Origin: Octopus vulgaris | Taxonomy: Eukaryota | Reading direction: 5' to 3' | Length of the DNA: 64,000 nt | Assembly: GCA_951406725.2 (NCBI GenBank) | Contig: OX597824.1 | Span: 310,001 to 374,000, forward strand | Shown: in pieces, positions 47,967 to 62,644 of the stretch | Position numbering within the stretch: position 1 is the stretch's first letter | Layout of the letters: each line of letters opens with the position of its first letter | Made by a program: the position numbers and the translations under genes | The notes under the pieces: model-generated | Database searches by the model: none | What the model saw: the letters and a program-made list of their open reading frames with translations, nothing else | Told to the model about the DNA's origin: nothing

Positions 47967-48060
47967 CGGCTAACTCTGATGAGCGTAAAGTTATATAATC
48001 GGTTTGTTACTTAACACTCCATTGTATTCTGTACGCGAAACCGATTGGTAAGTCCAGCCG
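47967..48060 (+). ncRNA. Canonical type I hammerhead ribozyme
   Basis: cggcu-a-acu-CUGAUGA-gcgua...uacgc-GAAA-cc(gauu)gg-UA-agu-cc-agccg. Confidence 0.85.
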
Positions 48061-48554
48061 TGATGGATATTTAATACTATACATTTCGGATAATATATGT
48101 ATATACATAAATATATATAAATACATCGTGTCTTGTCGACGGAAGATTGAAAGATCGTTGTTGTATCTGGATTTAAAGTTTTCTATTGGCAAGAAATCTT
48201 GAAATAAACTGAATAATGACTTATATATATAATGACATACATATATATATAATGAAAACCACAAACACCCTTGTGAAATGCAACTACCCAGGATTTTCTG
48301 TCCAAAATATTAACTTATTTCGCTATTTAACAAGCTGGTAAAAACAATATGACGGTCTAGTAACTTCGATCGATGCAATTGACATTTGAATAAGCACGTG
48401 CATTTAAAAAAAAGAACAGAGAGAAACACAAGACAGATAATTAATACCACAGTAAATATAACCTGTGCTTTACGAATATCAAACTTACTTAAACCAACAC
48501 TGGAATGGTTTGCGATGCGTCCGGTAGTTTATTCTTAATTTCTGTTAAAATATA

Positions 48555-49200
48555 ATTTTTTAAATGCGGACATACCGAAAAAATTTCGCTCCTGCTATTT
48601 ACGGTCATTGGAGGTTTTTGAATTGTTTAAAAGATGCAGTCTTTTCCAGTGGAACAATGACATATCTCTTTGACCCTTTAATATAAGGTTGGTCTTAATA
48701 AGGATCTTCTATTTGATGGTGTAGCTGACGTTCTCGTCCTTAAGTTTCCAGACTAATGTTGAGAGTGTTGTTGCACGTGCCTTCTCGATATGTCTGAAGA
48801 TTGAAAGATGATTGTTGTATCTGGATTTAAAGTTTTCTGCTACCAATCCAATATAACATTTGGTCTCTGTCCAACAGCTGCCATAATTTGTTGATACCTG
48901 CGCTTTATAAACAACGGGGAGTATACCGCATGCCTGTCTCGGGGGATATTTAGATTTATCTCTGCATGGGCATCCTTGAAATGTCTGAGTCATCAGTTGT
49001 TTAATGATATAGGCCTTCACACGGGGGTCGCATACGTGATTTTAACCGTGTGTCTATTGATTATTCTTCTATACGTATGGTTTTCGGGAAAGTGATTATC
49101 TAATAAGTGTAAGAATCTTCTACCTATATTTGTCATAACATTTAGGGAGAAGAGAGGGGCACACCATAATATATTCTGGAACAATTCTTACGACCTGATG
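48555..49200 (-). mobile_element. Decayed Penelope-like GIY-YIG fragment
   Basis: FSLNVMTNIGRRFL, VVYKAQV, YIGL...FKSRYNNH, TTLSTLVWKLKD. Confidence 0.85.
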
Positions 49201-49497
49201 GTTGAGGAGGTGGTAGTGTTATAATATATACATGTGGAAAGTATAAGATTCCTAAACTGGTGTTGTGTCGCTGAGGGAAGATATTTCGAAGTTTCAAACT
49301 AATTGCTTCTTCCTGGAACCAGGAAATTGTCTTTTTCTATCTTTGGTCAATCAGACAAACTTGAAAATTTTTATTCTTTACCAGTCCAGAAAGTCTCATT
49401 TTTCGTCAACGTAGAAGGCAACTAATCACCCTAAAATTCATAGGCAAAATTGCATAAATACATAAATGCATACATGCATAAATGTATTCATACATGT

Positions 49498-49562
<65 letters not shown>

Positions 49563-50299
49563 TGTGTATATGTATATATACACATACATACATACATACA
49601 TACACATACATATATATATAGACCAATGTAAGTACGTACGCATGCATACGTATATACATACTGCATATGCATACATACATGTATACATGGATGTCAGAAA
49701 GAGTGTGCCTGTGTGTGTGTGTTTATGTGTGTGTGTGTGTATGTGTGCGTGCGCGTATGTAACACTTAATTTTCTCACTATCCACTTGGGATAACACGTT
49801 CACTTCGCAGATGATTGCTTTGCATAAGCATGACTGCATATGTGTAAGTGCGATTATACATTGGTAGAGAGAAAAAGATACATATATGTACACATGAAAA
49901 ATATACATTTTAATAATGCCTACATACTCACATGCCAACCGAACGTACACACACACACACACACATACACACACACACACACACACATATATATATGTAT
50001 GGCGTATAAGCATATTGGTCGATTAATATCGGTCACATACTGTGTTTTCATTTTCTAGCGTTAAAAAATTCGTTTATTATTTTTTTTTTACAAATGTTTA
50101 ACTACATCTAAAATAAGGAAGGCCAAAATAGCAAAGAATCGCTAGAGGAAGATATATGGTAGACGTGAATCATAACCCCCCCACACACACACACACACGT
50201 ATATAATTATGTTTATATAGATATATTTTTGTAATCAGCAGAAGTTACAGAGTAACTCAAGAACTGAGACTTTCGTTCATTGGCACTTATCGAACTTAC

Positions 50300-50358
<59 letters not shown>

Positions 50359-50398
50359 TATGTATGTCTATAGACATATAAATATATAATATACATAC

Positions 50399-50451
<53 letters not shown>

Positions 50452-50781
50452 TTCATATACCTACACACACACACACACACATCGATATTGGTTTTGGCGA
50501 TCGGTATCTGAGGCATACAACCGCAGTGTATTTAATTTTCTCTCCTCAAGGAAACTGACAGCTTTATATGCGAAATACTCGGCCACATGCGCAGATGGGA
50601 AGTGATTAAAAAAATATATGTATAACGATAAAAATTAACATTGTTAACTGAAATAATAAATTGATGAAAATATCGTCGACTCGACGTCTCTGGCACGCAG
50701 CGGTTGATAAAAATCGATGGAAAATATTTCATTTTCTTTTTAAATTTAAGTGGAGATATATACATATGCATACATATATAA

Positions 50782-50845
<64 letters not shown>

Positions 50846-50880
50846 ATGTGTGTGTGTCTGTGTGTGTTTGTGTGTGTGTA

Positions 50881-50914
<34 letters not shown>

Positions 50915-50938
50915 GTATTCATACTTACCTACATACAC

Positions 50939-50970
<32 letters not shown>

Positions 50971-51113
50971 ATACATTTATATATATATGCACATATATAC
51001 ATTTACATTTACACATATATACATATATATATATGCATATATATGTGCATCTATATATATATATATATGTATGTACGTATGTATAACTACATATATATGT
51101 ATATATGAATGTA

Positions 51114-51151
<38 letters not shown>

Positions 51152-51152
51152 C

Positions 51153-51187
<35 letters not shown>

Positions 51188-51192
51188 CATAC

Positions 51193-51291
<99 letters not shown>

Positions 51292-51443
51292 ATTCCTTAT
51301 TCAATTCAAATTTAATTTGGGAGAGTGATGGAGATAATGTTTATACAAGATGTATATGTTTTAATATTTGCTCTCCACAAAAACATGTTATCGAAATATT
51401 TTGTAAAAAATGCGTGTCTGAGATATTCCATGCGTTCCAAACT

Positions 51444-51499
<56 letters not shown>

Positions 51500-51516
51500 G
51501 TGTGTGTGTGTGTGTA

Positions 51517-51553
<37 letters not shown>

Positions 51554-52394
51554 GTGTGTGCGTGTGTGTGTATTGGAGAAAGTGTGTTCGTACATTTCTT
51601 TTTAGTCAATAAAAACTAAGTGCAACAGCATATGTGAGATAGCCTGGTGAGAAGTTTGTCTTGTCTCTATGCAATAAATCGATATTATTTTTAGTGAAAC
51701 TGTGCTGGTAATGGTAAATTTGGAACAGAGGACTGGAACTGTTTCATGGGGGTTGTGTAGAGGATTTGGTGGTGGTGGTGGTGGTATTAGTATATTTTAT
51801 CGGAAATTTTCAACTAATATAACTGGTACACTGCGAAAAGAACAATTAAGTAGAAAAACAAAGAAAATTACACTGATGCGACGGTGGCTATTCTTTACTC
51901 CTTTGCAAAAAAAAAAAAAAAATGAGCATTCAGAAATACAAAATGACAAAACTGTTTCATCTCTGTGGCTTTGCCATGCAAAAATCTCACATTTCTTCTC
52001 TTTTTCCTTCTTCCCGAAGGACAAATCTTGGGAAATCCACGTGAGTTGTTTGTCCCACCCAGCTTTTGGAAACTGAAATCAATTTTTCAAGTTCGTCATC
52101 ACCAAGGAGTCCTTCAGCCAGCATTTTAAGAAATTCGCTTCTAGATTGGAGTTTGTTGTTCAATTTGAATTGTGGTTGCTTTTCAATATGTGACAAAAAA
52201 GATATTGTATGCTGCCCGTATCAATCAGGTTGAAAAACGCTGCCGTCAGATGGGTCGTCAGATGGCGTCGAAACAATTTCTGATCATGTTGCCGACATCT
52301 CGATCTTAAATGGCAGATTTTGGTAATATTACATTGTTAATGTCATCTTGAAAGCTCTTTATAATTACTTCAGGGTTTTAACTGTGATTTTTAG

Positions 52395-52800
52395 AATATT
52401 GCTGAGGTGAGATACAATACTTCTAAGGTGAGGTGTATCATTGCTGATGCGAGCAGAATAATAAAGTTTACAGTACTCCAAGAGTGAGGTAAACTATTGC
52501 TGATGTGAGATACGGTACCGCTAAAGGTAGGTTATTGCTGAGGTAAGGTAGACTAATGAGTTGTGTGATGTATATTGCTGAGGTGAAGTACCGTGCTGCT
52601 GAGGTATGGCTCATTTTTCTGGAGTGAGGTACACTGTTGCTGGTGTGACCTACAGTATTACTAAGGTAAAGTAGATTTCTCTGCGTGAGATACAATATTA
52701 CAGAGAGAATGGACAACACTAGTGAGAGGAGGTATTGTGTTGACTAAGTGAAGTGCAATACTTCTGGGATGGGGATAGAACTGCTTTGGTGAGTTACAGC
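52395..52800. repeat. Degenerate ~21-bp tandem repeat
   Basis: Units resembling gctgaggtgagatacaatact. Confidence 0.75.
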
Positions 52801-52929
52801 ACTAGAGAAGTATGTGACCTGGCATACAAGCGAAACTCAGAGTTCTAACGGGAAGTGTCTCAGCACTGGAATAAATATCCACATTCTATTCTGTATTGAG
52901 TAATTTTCTCCCTTCTTTGTAAATTCAAA

Positions 52930-54420
52930 TTTCAGAATTCTAGACACGGATTTCGTTAATGATGTGAAGGTGTCGCCGACGATTTTCTGAAACCATAACG
53001 TGGTGAAACTGTCAATGAGTGGCCCAAAGGAAACTGTAGACACGAATTGTTCAAGAAGCACTCGAATTTTATCCAGCGTGAACTTGCACAAGGCTAATTG
53101 GAAATCGATACAAAAGAGATGCTCAACCAGAGCCGTCCTGAACATCCCTCTACGCAACAAAACGGCATAAAACTTAAGTGATATATTTCAATAATGCAAG
53201 TAATATTCTTTGCATTTGTCGCAGAAAAAAATGGAGAACATGTACAAAAATAGAATACCGAAGAGTAGAAATATTTATGAAATGAAGAGCAAAATTTGAA
53301 ATCACTGAAATGAATACCTGAAAGTCAGCGAAAAATCCCGCTTCAAAAAGTCTCTGTTAGAAATTGAAAATGTAATGAAAGACTACTGTGGAATAAGAAA
53401 GTGCAGAAAGAGGAACCATGTTTCTGTGGGTGATACAGAAGTTCTGTCGGTAATATGAAAGTTTCTCATACAATTTGCAAAAGGATCAATTTTAATTCAT
53501 TAAAAAATATCGCCGTTGATACCAGAAAAAACGCTCATTTACTGCGGACTACGTAAAGGTACGTGAAATGCTGAATAAATAATTCAAAAGTCTTTTCACT
53601 ATCCCCACTGAGACACATGCAAAGAAACCCATCAGACTGCGACAGAAAAACAGCCGGTATTATACACGGCCATTGTTGAGACGCTTAGTGAAATTAAGCA
53701 GGTGATAATAGTGTTTTCATGTAGCTAATGCTTCTTATTTGCTTTTGGTTATTATGGTTTGGGCAGGTGTACCTCGTGCGTTTGCTATTGAAACTTTTGT
53801 CAACCTGTAAAAGATGAGAATTTTTTGTTGTTTTCTTTTCTGCACCCTCTAAATAAGTCAACTGAAGCAGCAGCGATCGATTATACCGACATAAAGAAGG
53901 AAGATGTAATATCATCCAGAAATGAAATGACCTTAAACTCCGTAATAGGCCCTTTTCGACGTCTAATAATTTCCTTAAAAACATGTAAACAGGCCTTAGC
54001 AAATCCACTTCATACACTTAACGAAAGCTTCCCTGCTTGTCGGAAACTCACAAAAAGGTTTTTTAAAAAGCATAATAAAAGAGATAACAGATTGGATGCT
54101 AAAAATTACAAACCTGGTTTATTTATTCACAAAGTTAATGAACGAACTATGTATGTGTGTATGCGTGTGTGAGAGCCTGGAATGGTTAGCACTAAGCGTT
54201 GGCACTGAGAGCAATGCTAATCCCCGAGCTGGACGCTACAGCATTGTACCAAAGGTCTCGTTCGCCCCATTTCGAGTTTGGACGGGTGTCTTCAATAATT
54301 TAGGGTTCAAAGATCAAAACTCTTTAATATCCTGCAAGAAACCGTGAATTATCTACATGAAGTGGATGTTTTCAAGAAACCTCGAGTCATTCTAATATCT
54401 GAGGTTCCACATGAGCCATT
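52930..54420 (+). mobile_element. Ancient, internally deleted LINE family A copy
   Basis: Patchy similarity to 12770-15040 (NDVKVSPTI, LSSVNLHKANWK, IDYTDIKKEDVI, gaggttccacatgagcca). Confidence 0.7.
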
Positions 54421-55245
54421 TGTTTTTTGCGGCAAAAACGTAAATGTGCGCAGCAGTATCAAACTCCTTTATTCGCTAAAAAAGAGACAACTGCCACAAA
54501 AGGAGCCCCAGCATGACCGCATCCCACTGACTTGGACTGTATAAACCGATGCATTTATAAATGCGGGGAAAAAAATTACCGATGGAAAATTATATAAAAA
54601 CCCCTCTGAAGATGCGGCTTTATAAACGCAGATTTCTCGGGAAAAAGAAAGACTTGTTTTTTTAACAGAATAAGTGAAGACCCTGCTGCTAAGAGTTTCT
54701 ATGTCTTCGATTTTTGTGTGATTTGTGCAATTTCAATATAAGCGTTTTTATGTTGTTGTCGGTAGCGATATGAAGGGAGATGGGGACTGAGAACATCGGA
54801 CAGATGGGTACTTGTGCACCTGAATGTTAGGACAAATAGAAAGTTTATTGAAAAGTTGATTGTGATACGGTGACAGTGGTTAAATTACGGCTGAAAAAAG
54901 ATACTCTCGTTGATGAAGAGTGAATTAACAGTCGGCTCGTTTACATTAGCAAAAATAAATTTATTTCGTCACGGTTGTTAAGAGTTTTGTTGGTTATATT
55001 CTAAACAAATAGTACATGGCTGTGAATGTGAATGACTGTGAGCGGGAAGAGAGAGAAAGAGGTCGAGAGAGAGAGAGAAATGAGAGACAGACAGACAAGA
55101 AAGAGAGAGAGACGGAAAAAATGGCCGTCCGTTTGCATGTACGGAATAATTCAATGTTTTGAACATAAGAAACAAATCGAGAAAAAATATCGGGAGAAGT
55201 ATTCACATATATATGAGGTTAGGTATATGCGCATACATACTTTAG

Positions 55246-55877
55246 TACATACATACACACATACATACATACATACATACATACATACATACATACATAC
55301 ATACATACATACATACATACATACATACATACATACATACATACATACACACATACATACATACACACATACATACATACATACATACATACATACATAC
55401 ATACATACATACATACATACATACATACACACATACATACATACATACATACATACATACATACATACATACATACATACACACATACATACATACATAC
55501 ATACATACATACACACATACATACATACATACATACATACACACATACATACATACATACACACATACATACATACATACATACATACATACATACATAC
55601 ATACATACATACACACATACATACATACATACATACATACATACACACATACATACATACATACATACATACATACATACATACATACATACATACACAC
55701 ATACATACATACACACATACATACATACATACATACATACACACATACATACATACACATACATACATACATACATACATACATACATACATACATACAT
55801 ACACACATACATACATACACACATACATACATACATACATACACATACATACATACATACATACATACATACATACA

Positions 55878-55909
<32 letters not shown>

Positions 55910-56205
55910 CATACATACATACATACATACATACATACATACATACATACATACATACATACATACATACATACATACATACATACATACATACATACAC
56001 ATACATACATACATACATACATACATACATACATACATACATACATACACACATACATACATACACACATACATACATACATACATACATACATACACAT
56101 ACATACATACATACATACATACATACATACATACATACATACATACACACATACATACACACATACATACACACATACATACATACATACACACATACAC
56201 ACATA
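55246..56205. repeat. ~960-bp (TACA)n array
   Basis: Seen directly. Confidence 0.98.
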
Positions 56206-56404
56206 TGTATGTTTTTCTTTTCCTTTTTTCTATTTTTCATTTTATTTGTTTCAGTCATTTGACTGCGGCCATGCTGGAGCACCGCAAGTGTGCCTGTGTG
56301 AGCCTGTGTACGTATGTCAATGTATACATGTAGCCTTGTATGTGAGTATCTGTATAAGTATATAAATAAATATACAGGCATTTACACAGGCATAAACATG
56401 TACG

Positions 56405-56512
<108 letters not shown>

Positions 56513-57015
56513 TAGCTAGGCATCTGGGGCCGTATTGTACGTAGTATGACTGCAAGTAGGAGCGGGAATGTATTTAAGCTACATTTTCACTTGACAGGTA
56601 ATAAGATCACGAACACTTCACAAGTTAGTCTAAGTTTCCAAGTTTGAATGTCACATGCTGGCCCGTGGTAACTGGCATTCAGTGAAGATAATATATCGGT
56701 GCGAGTACGTGCATGCCCACGTGTGCCTAACGGAATATACGTCTGAAACGGAATATACGTCTGAAAGTGCTTATAGAAATATATCTGCGCATAGGTGAGT
56801 ACGCGTATGGGTGTGTATTTAGGCAAAAACATATATATTCAGATGAGTGTTTGGAAGTCACTTGACCCTGTTATCTCCCCTACTATCCCTCTAGCGTCTA
56901 ACGTCTGACCTCTGGCCTCTGACTTCTGCCTGAAGTCAGAACGCCATGATAGACCGTTAGCTCCTACACGCATTTTTTCTCTCTTTGTTTCTCTCCTTGT
57001 TTCTTTTCTGTGTAT

Positions 57016-57051
57016 CTTTCTGTAGAGGAGCGTAGGCTCGAAACGTAAAAG
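57016..57051 (+). ncRNA. Minimal hammerhead-like motif, A6U plus one extra nucleotide
   Basis: cuuu-CUGUAGA-g-gagc(guag)gcuc-GAAA-cg-UA-aaag. Confidence 0.6.
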
Positions 57052-57178
57052 GCTTGTTCTATTTCTATTCCTGAGCGCCATACTAATACATTTGTTTGTT
57101 TGTACTCCTCCTGCCTTCGTCTTTTGTTTATTTTCGTAAACCTCCCGTTATATATAAATACATATATATATATACATG

Positions 57179-57241
<63 letters not shown>

Positions 57242-57323
57242 GATAATTCACAAAAAAAGACGAAGGCAGGTTGTGTAGACAACAAACAGATGTATTAGTA
57301 TAATGCTCGGGAAGTGAAAAAGT

Positions 57324-57359
57324 CTTTAACGTTTCGAGTCTACGCTCTTCCACAGAAAG
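57324..57359 (-). ncRNA. Minimal hammerhead-like motif, A6U plus one extra nucleotide
   Basis: cuuu-CUGUGGA-a-gagc(guag)acuc-GAAA-cg-UU-aaag. Confidence 0.55.
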
Positions 57360-57404
57360 GAACACAGAAAGAAACAAGGAGAGAAAATAAAGAATGTGTA
57401 GCGG

Positions 57405-57459
<55 letters not shown>

Positions 57460-57462
<3 letters not shown>

Positions 57463-57785
57463 GGGTTGGACAAAATAATGGAAACACCAAGCATCATAGC
57501 ATCATAATTTTGAAATATCTAAAAAAAAAACATCAAATGCTTGTTTATTTTTAGGATTTTTTATTTATTATTAGTGTTGCTTTATATGTTTTGCTAAAAT
57601 TGCTGGGGTTTTTTCAGATATCATCAGTGAAAGGTAATTAAAATTTATTAAAATGACACATCTATCGGAATTTCAAAGAGGTCAAATTGTTGGTGCTCGT
57701 ATTGTAGGTGCTAGCGTAAAGAAAACAGCCGAAATGTTTGGTGTATGAAGGAGTACAGTCTCGAAAGTAATGACAGCCTTTAGAC
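57460..57785 (+). mobile_element. Tc1-like transposon left end with transposase N-terminus
   Basis: TA-CAGGGGTTGGACAAAATAATGGAAACA TIR; MTHLSEFQRGQIVGAR...MFGV*RSTVSKV from 57653. Confidence 0.88.
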
Positions 57786-58185
57786 ATGTTCAGTCAACCG
57801 TGTCGGCTTTAACTTACGAATGCAAGCATTGTCACTTGATACTAACACACGGACGTAGCGGAGAACCTACAAAAATTTCTAGAACCAGTTATGTGACTAT
57901 CCTCTACCAATCAAATCCTATTCAAAACATTTGCTAATTTGAGCCACGAACTCCCTATGTAAATAGGGCAAGAATCAAACACTAGTCAGAAGCAAGACAG
58001 CTGCGACATAAGCCAGGTCTTTCTATTTGAACTTTTTGAAAATCAATGCAAACTGTGAAACCGGTTAACGCTTTAAATATAATAATGATAAAAAATATTT
58101 TAACTATTACATTTTACCTAAGTCCATTTTCAACATCTATTTTTCCTATATTTCTACCCGTGGGGAGTAAAATAATTTTGTTTAC

Positions 58186-58260
<75 letters not shown>

Positions 58261-58267
<7 letters not shown>

Positions 58268-58525
58268 GAAATGAAGAAAATGCTGACAACATAATTTAAG
58301 TAATTTAAGTAATTTAATTAGGTGAAAGTTCTTTTTACCGGTTGCGCATTTGTTATGCTTATCAAAAGATAGATTTTTCCTCTTATCTGTCTTTTGATAA
58401 GCATAACAAATGCGCAACCGGTAAAAAGAACTTTTACCTAATTAAATTACTTAAATTACTTTTGTCAGCATTTTCTTCATTTCCTTTTTTATCTATCACA
58501 ACTCATGTTCCACATCTCCTTTTTT
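58261..58525. mobile_element. Foldback PLE-type terminus with ~110-bp arms, between TA arrays
   Basis: 58261-58372 is near-perfectly inverted relative to 58384-58492. Confidence 0.8.
58392..58428 (+). ncRNA. Hammerhead-like motif, U3-A8 with A13C; mirror copy at 58331-58368 (-)
   Basis: UUGAUAA-gcau(aacaa)augc-GCAA-ccgg-UA. Confidence 0.55.
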
Positions 58526-58551
58526 AAATATATATATATATATATATATTT

Positions 58552-58710
58552 GAGGAAACCACCCCACTTCAGTCATGAATGACCATGGGATTGCACCTAG
58601 AAAGTTATCCTCCGAGGCAATAGTCCGGGCAAGGTTGTGGATGCCCAGCAGTCGCCCATGCGTACCAGCCTCTCCTCTCCACACCACTGAAGTTATCCAA
58701 GGGAAAGGCA
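58552..58710 (+). mobile_element. Possible RTE-clade 5'UTR fragment in (TA)n
   Basis: Recalled resemblance (atgaatgaccatggg...cagcagtcgcccatgc...ccaagggaaaggca); unverified. Confidence 0.4.
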
Positions 58711-58738
58711 TATATATATATATACACACACACACATT

Positions 58739-58769
<31 letters not shown>

Positions 58770-58770
58770 A

Positions 58771-59200
58771 TGAGGTCTGATCAATAAATATCCGGACTAT
58801 TTCCATAGTAAGGAAGCTGAAGCACATAGAACAAAGCTGCTCACCACAGATTGATTTTGAATTCTGCTGTGCATGCACACTAAGTCTTAACGCTCTAGTG
58901 CACTTCCGCTGTTTACGGCAGTGCTTGGAAGGAAGGTGTGTCGCGTGTGATCTTTGTATTGACCATGACAGAAAAAGCTTGGTGATACCTGCTCAGAGGC
59001 CTACACAAAATTTTCAAAAAGTTTTCATCGTTCCCGACGCATCAAGATCTTGTGCAATTGAAACCCGAATTCCATTTTGGTCAACTGAAAGCAGTTTTGA
59101 CACAAACGTGACAGACATGCGCCTCATACCCTAATCTTCAGTGATAATGGACTGAACTGAAGCGTAACTAATCTGCACATCTGATAACTCACCGACGGCA
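58771..59200. mobile_element. Rearranged mariner remnants (+ left end joined to a - transposase piece)
   Basis: TA-tgaggtctgatcaataa TIR; GDTCSEAY on +; SVQSIITED*GMRRMSVTFVSKLL on -. Confidence 0.7.
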
Positions 59201-60872
59201 CCGACTACAACATAAGACCGCTCGCATGGACTTTCATTACATCAGGCATCAACGGCGCACATCGTCTTCCAGCAGACTTCGAACCACCTGGTTGACACCA
59301 TTGGCTTCCAGCACGAACAAGCTCTGTCACCACGTGTTCCCTAATAGTCTTCATAGTGCGCCCACACAGTAAAAAGAGCGCCAAAGTCATACCGCCTACG
59401 CGTTAAACGGTCACGTGACCACAAAGAATTATTTTTTCGCTTTGCCTTGCAATTCAGCATCGTACGAACGAGAGAGTATTTGAATATAATTTTTTCGTTC
59501 GTAACAATACACAGTATACACACATGCACACACACTCACACACACACACACACACACACATATCTATAAACATATATATTTATGTATGCGTCTCTATGTG
59601 TCCTCATGGTTTAATTTTTCAAATATATTTTCAGTAACGAAAGTGTCATCACCAGCTCCGAATCAAACCGCCTGCATACTGAGCAGTTACCTGTACATAT
59701 CTGTAGGTTTTGATAGATGTGTGGCTACACAAAGCTCTTAGATAAAGGTGCAAACATCTACATGCTTTGATGCTTTACATGTGTGTACTCATGCCTGTGT
59801 TTGTAAACCTACATGTGCTTAAGAGTGTGTGCGTGAATGCATTTGTGTATGTGTGTGTGTGTGCGTGTGTTTTATTACGTACAACAGGCAAACTTCGGGT
59901 AAGTTGTCAATATTTTTTCCAGTTTCCTTGTTTCAGCTCATGACTGTAAATTTCCAATTAGTTATGTTTTTTATGGTTTTGTGGAACACAGACTCTCAAG
60001 ATTAGTTCTGAGGTTGTTAATTAAGTAACCAAAAGCCCGATAGTTACAAATATTATAAATATATAAAGAAAGAGTCCGAGTGCATTAGCTGCAAATTTCT
60101 CATTAGTTTGCTATAAATGTACCGTATATGTTTCCTTCAAACCAACTACAAAAATGAAGCATTGAAAGGTTTACTCAAGCTTGTAAGAAGCTGGAAATCA
60201 AATAATGTTGTCTTAAAGGAGAAAAAATAACAACTGGATAACTTTACTTAATAAAGATGCTGTAAGTTAACTAATTCAGTAGGAAAAACGCATCAATGGG
60301 AAAATACAGAGATTAACCATTTCATACAAACACACTCGCGTGGAAACACACACACATGCACATATGGACGCTCACTACAGTAAATACAGACACATCCACG
60401 CACACTCACACACATTCACATAAGCACTTACACACAGTAACACGAGAGCCCAGACAAATACATACATGCATGGCGACATATAAATGATACTCTGCAACAT
60501 ACAAACACAATACGGAAGAAAAATCAGTTGGAAATCGATTCAGAGGGTCACAGATGTGTTACGAAAATGTTTCGACGAACGAAATAAACTAATCGATAAT
60601 TAACAGTAATGATTCCATTGACAGAATGACCTTCCCAAAGTAGGCAATACTTTTCGCTTGCTCAACCTCATGATATGAAACTGATACACCTAAATATGCA
60701 CATCTGATTACAAAATTGTACATGCGTGAATCAATTCTGAGCAACCACAGATTTAATCAATAAAAATTTTCTCCATGACACCTCCCCATCACAACCTACC
60801 CTAACCTAATTACCAGTCAATAGAACTCCATCCAACCCAGAAAAATTTTAACTCAAGAAAGACTACATAAAG

Positions 60873-61943
60873 CAGGCATGTCAAACATGCGGCCCACTGC
60901 AAACACACCTGCGTCCCGCACAGACGGCCGCCCCATCCTCCCGAGCGCATTGGCATCATCGAATTAGTGCCTGATTACAGGCAGAAAGAACTTTATACAA
61001 TTCACAATTAACTAATCTCAACTTGAAATTACAAGGTTAAAACAAACTCATCACTCAGTTATATGATGGCATCAGGTGCTTCATTACAAAATGAAGCTTA
61101 TGGAAGTCACAGTTGTCAAATGATAATTTAGTTCATTTTCCTAAGTGCAAAGAGCTGAAAAGCAGTTCTAATACTGAGTCTGTACTTAGCTTCGCCAAGT
61201 ATGGCAGTCACCTGGGATTGTTATCAAAGGAATTTCAGGAAAATTTCGTTGATTTCTCATCTTTTGAACATCCGTTTGCATTATTCTCAGCACCATTCAC
61301 CTTCGATGTTGCCAAGGCAGAAGAGAGCCTGCAGATGAAACTATTAGAAATACAGTCGGAATTCTTCACTCAGATCAAAGTATTTTGAGTTGGAGATACC
61401 TAGTTTCTTTTCATACCTTTCTAAAAACTTTGCCACAAGAATTACAGCCAATGTTTCGTTCTATTTATGTGTGAACAGTTATTTTCCTTCATGAAATCAA
61501 CAAAAACTTCGGAGAGAACAAGGCTGACACTTGTCATCTCTGATCAAACTCGGAACTGCAAAGACATTTCAGCCACGAAATACCAAAAATTGTCAGCAAA
61601 AAGAGATGTCAAGCCTCAGGACAAAGCACTAAAAATGTTTGAAGAGTCGTAAATAAATGTTCATTTTGAAATATTGTAATTTTTGTGCAATGTATTTGTT
61701 GCTGATCCATTCAAATCTATGTTGCCATTTAAAATTTCGTTTTTTTTTTCTTTTGTTAATCTTCATTACTTTGCATTCTGGAATGTGGCCAACCCACAGT
61801 GTGTTTCCAAGTATAAGTAAGAAAAATATTTTACAATAATTCTAATTAAATGACTTCAATTAGAATTGAACCGAGTGCAGCCCTCATGACAACACAAATG
61901 TGACCCATATGACCCTCGGGGGACCCTCAGTTTGACATGCCTG
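60873..61943 (+). mobile_element. Internally deleted hAT transposon (Charlie/SPIN, GTF2IRD2-like)
   Basis: 14-bp TIR CAGGCATGTCAAAC; 8-bp TSD ACATAAAG/ATATAAAG; LNLKLQG, LVHFP, PF, CEQLFS. Confidence 0.92.
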
Positions 61944-62441
61944 ATATAAAGCCATTATGGACTCAAATACCATAGTCCAGTAATAACTTAGATGGCCGAA
62001 ACTTCGAAGTCACTGTCAATATCATTTTTGTTAAAGAGAATAATAAATTTGGATTCTACAAAGGTATCGATTAATCCTTCAATTTAATATTGTTTCTATT
62101 ATAGCAATGGAAAAACTAATATTTACACATTTTTACAGATTATTTATTAAAAATTGGTGATAGACCGACTGATAAGCGACTGGTGTCAAGCTTGGCAGAG
62201 TATTGGCGTAGGGGCTGTTGGTGGTGGTAGCTTTTAGTAGGTCAGCAGTGGCGGGTGTACCGCGATCAGCAGGGTGAGACAGAGGAATAATAGGAGGACA
62301 GTAAAAGCGAAGCGTATATGGCTTTATGCACTACAACAATACTCGAATGGCCGGAGGTCTATAACTTCTGTACAACGTAAGGGATGAAAACATCATGGTC
62401 AGTTAGTGTTGTAAACTATCAACCTACTATACATGCACACG

Positions 62442-62512
<71 letters not shown>

Positions 62513-62513
62513 G

Positions 62514-62562
<49 letters not shown>

Positions 62563-62644
62563 GATGCCTATTAGTATGTCTGTCTCTATGCCTGAGTAAC
62601 TTGTCGTGACTTATGAATGCGACACATAGTGATACATTCTAGAG

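Larger units (their letters stand above)
56963..57404. mobile_element. Two diverged ~190-bp PLE-type termini tail-to-tail around (TA)n
   Basis: 56963-57155 is similar to rc 57238-57404. Confidence 0.75.

Noticed and set aside
54602-54640. CTGAAGA-tgcg...cgca-GA
   Set aside because: GAAA incomplete.
61978-62015. GAAA-cttcgaag-TC-actg half hammerhead
   Set aside because: The CUGANGA half is absent; possibly a relic.
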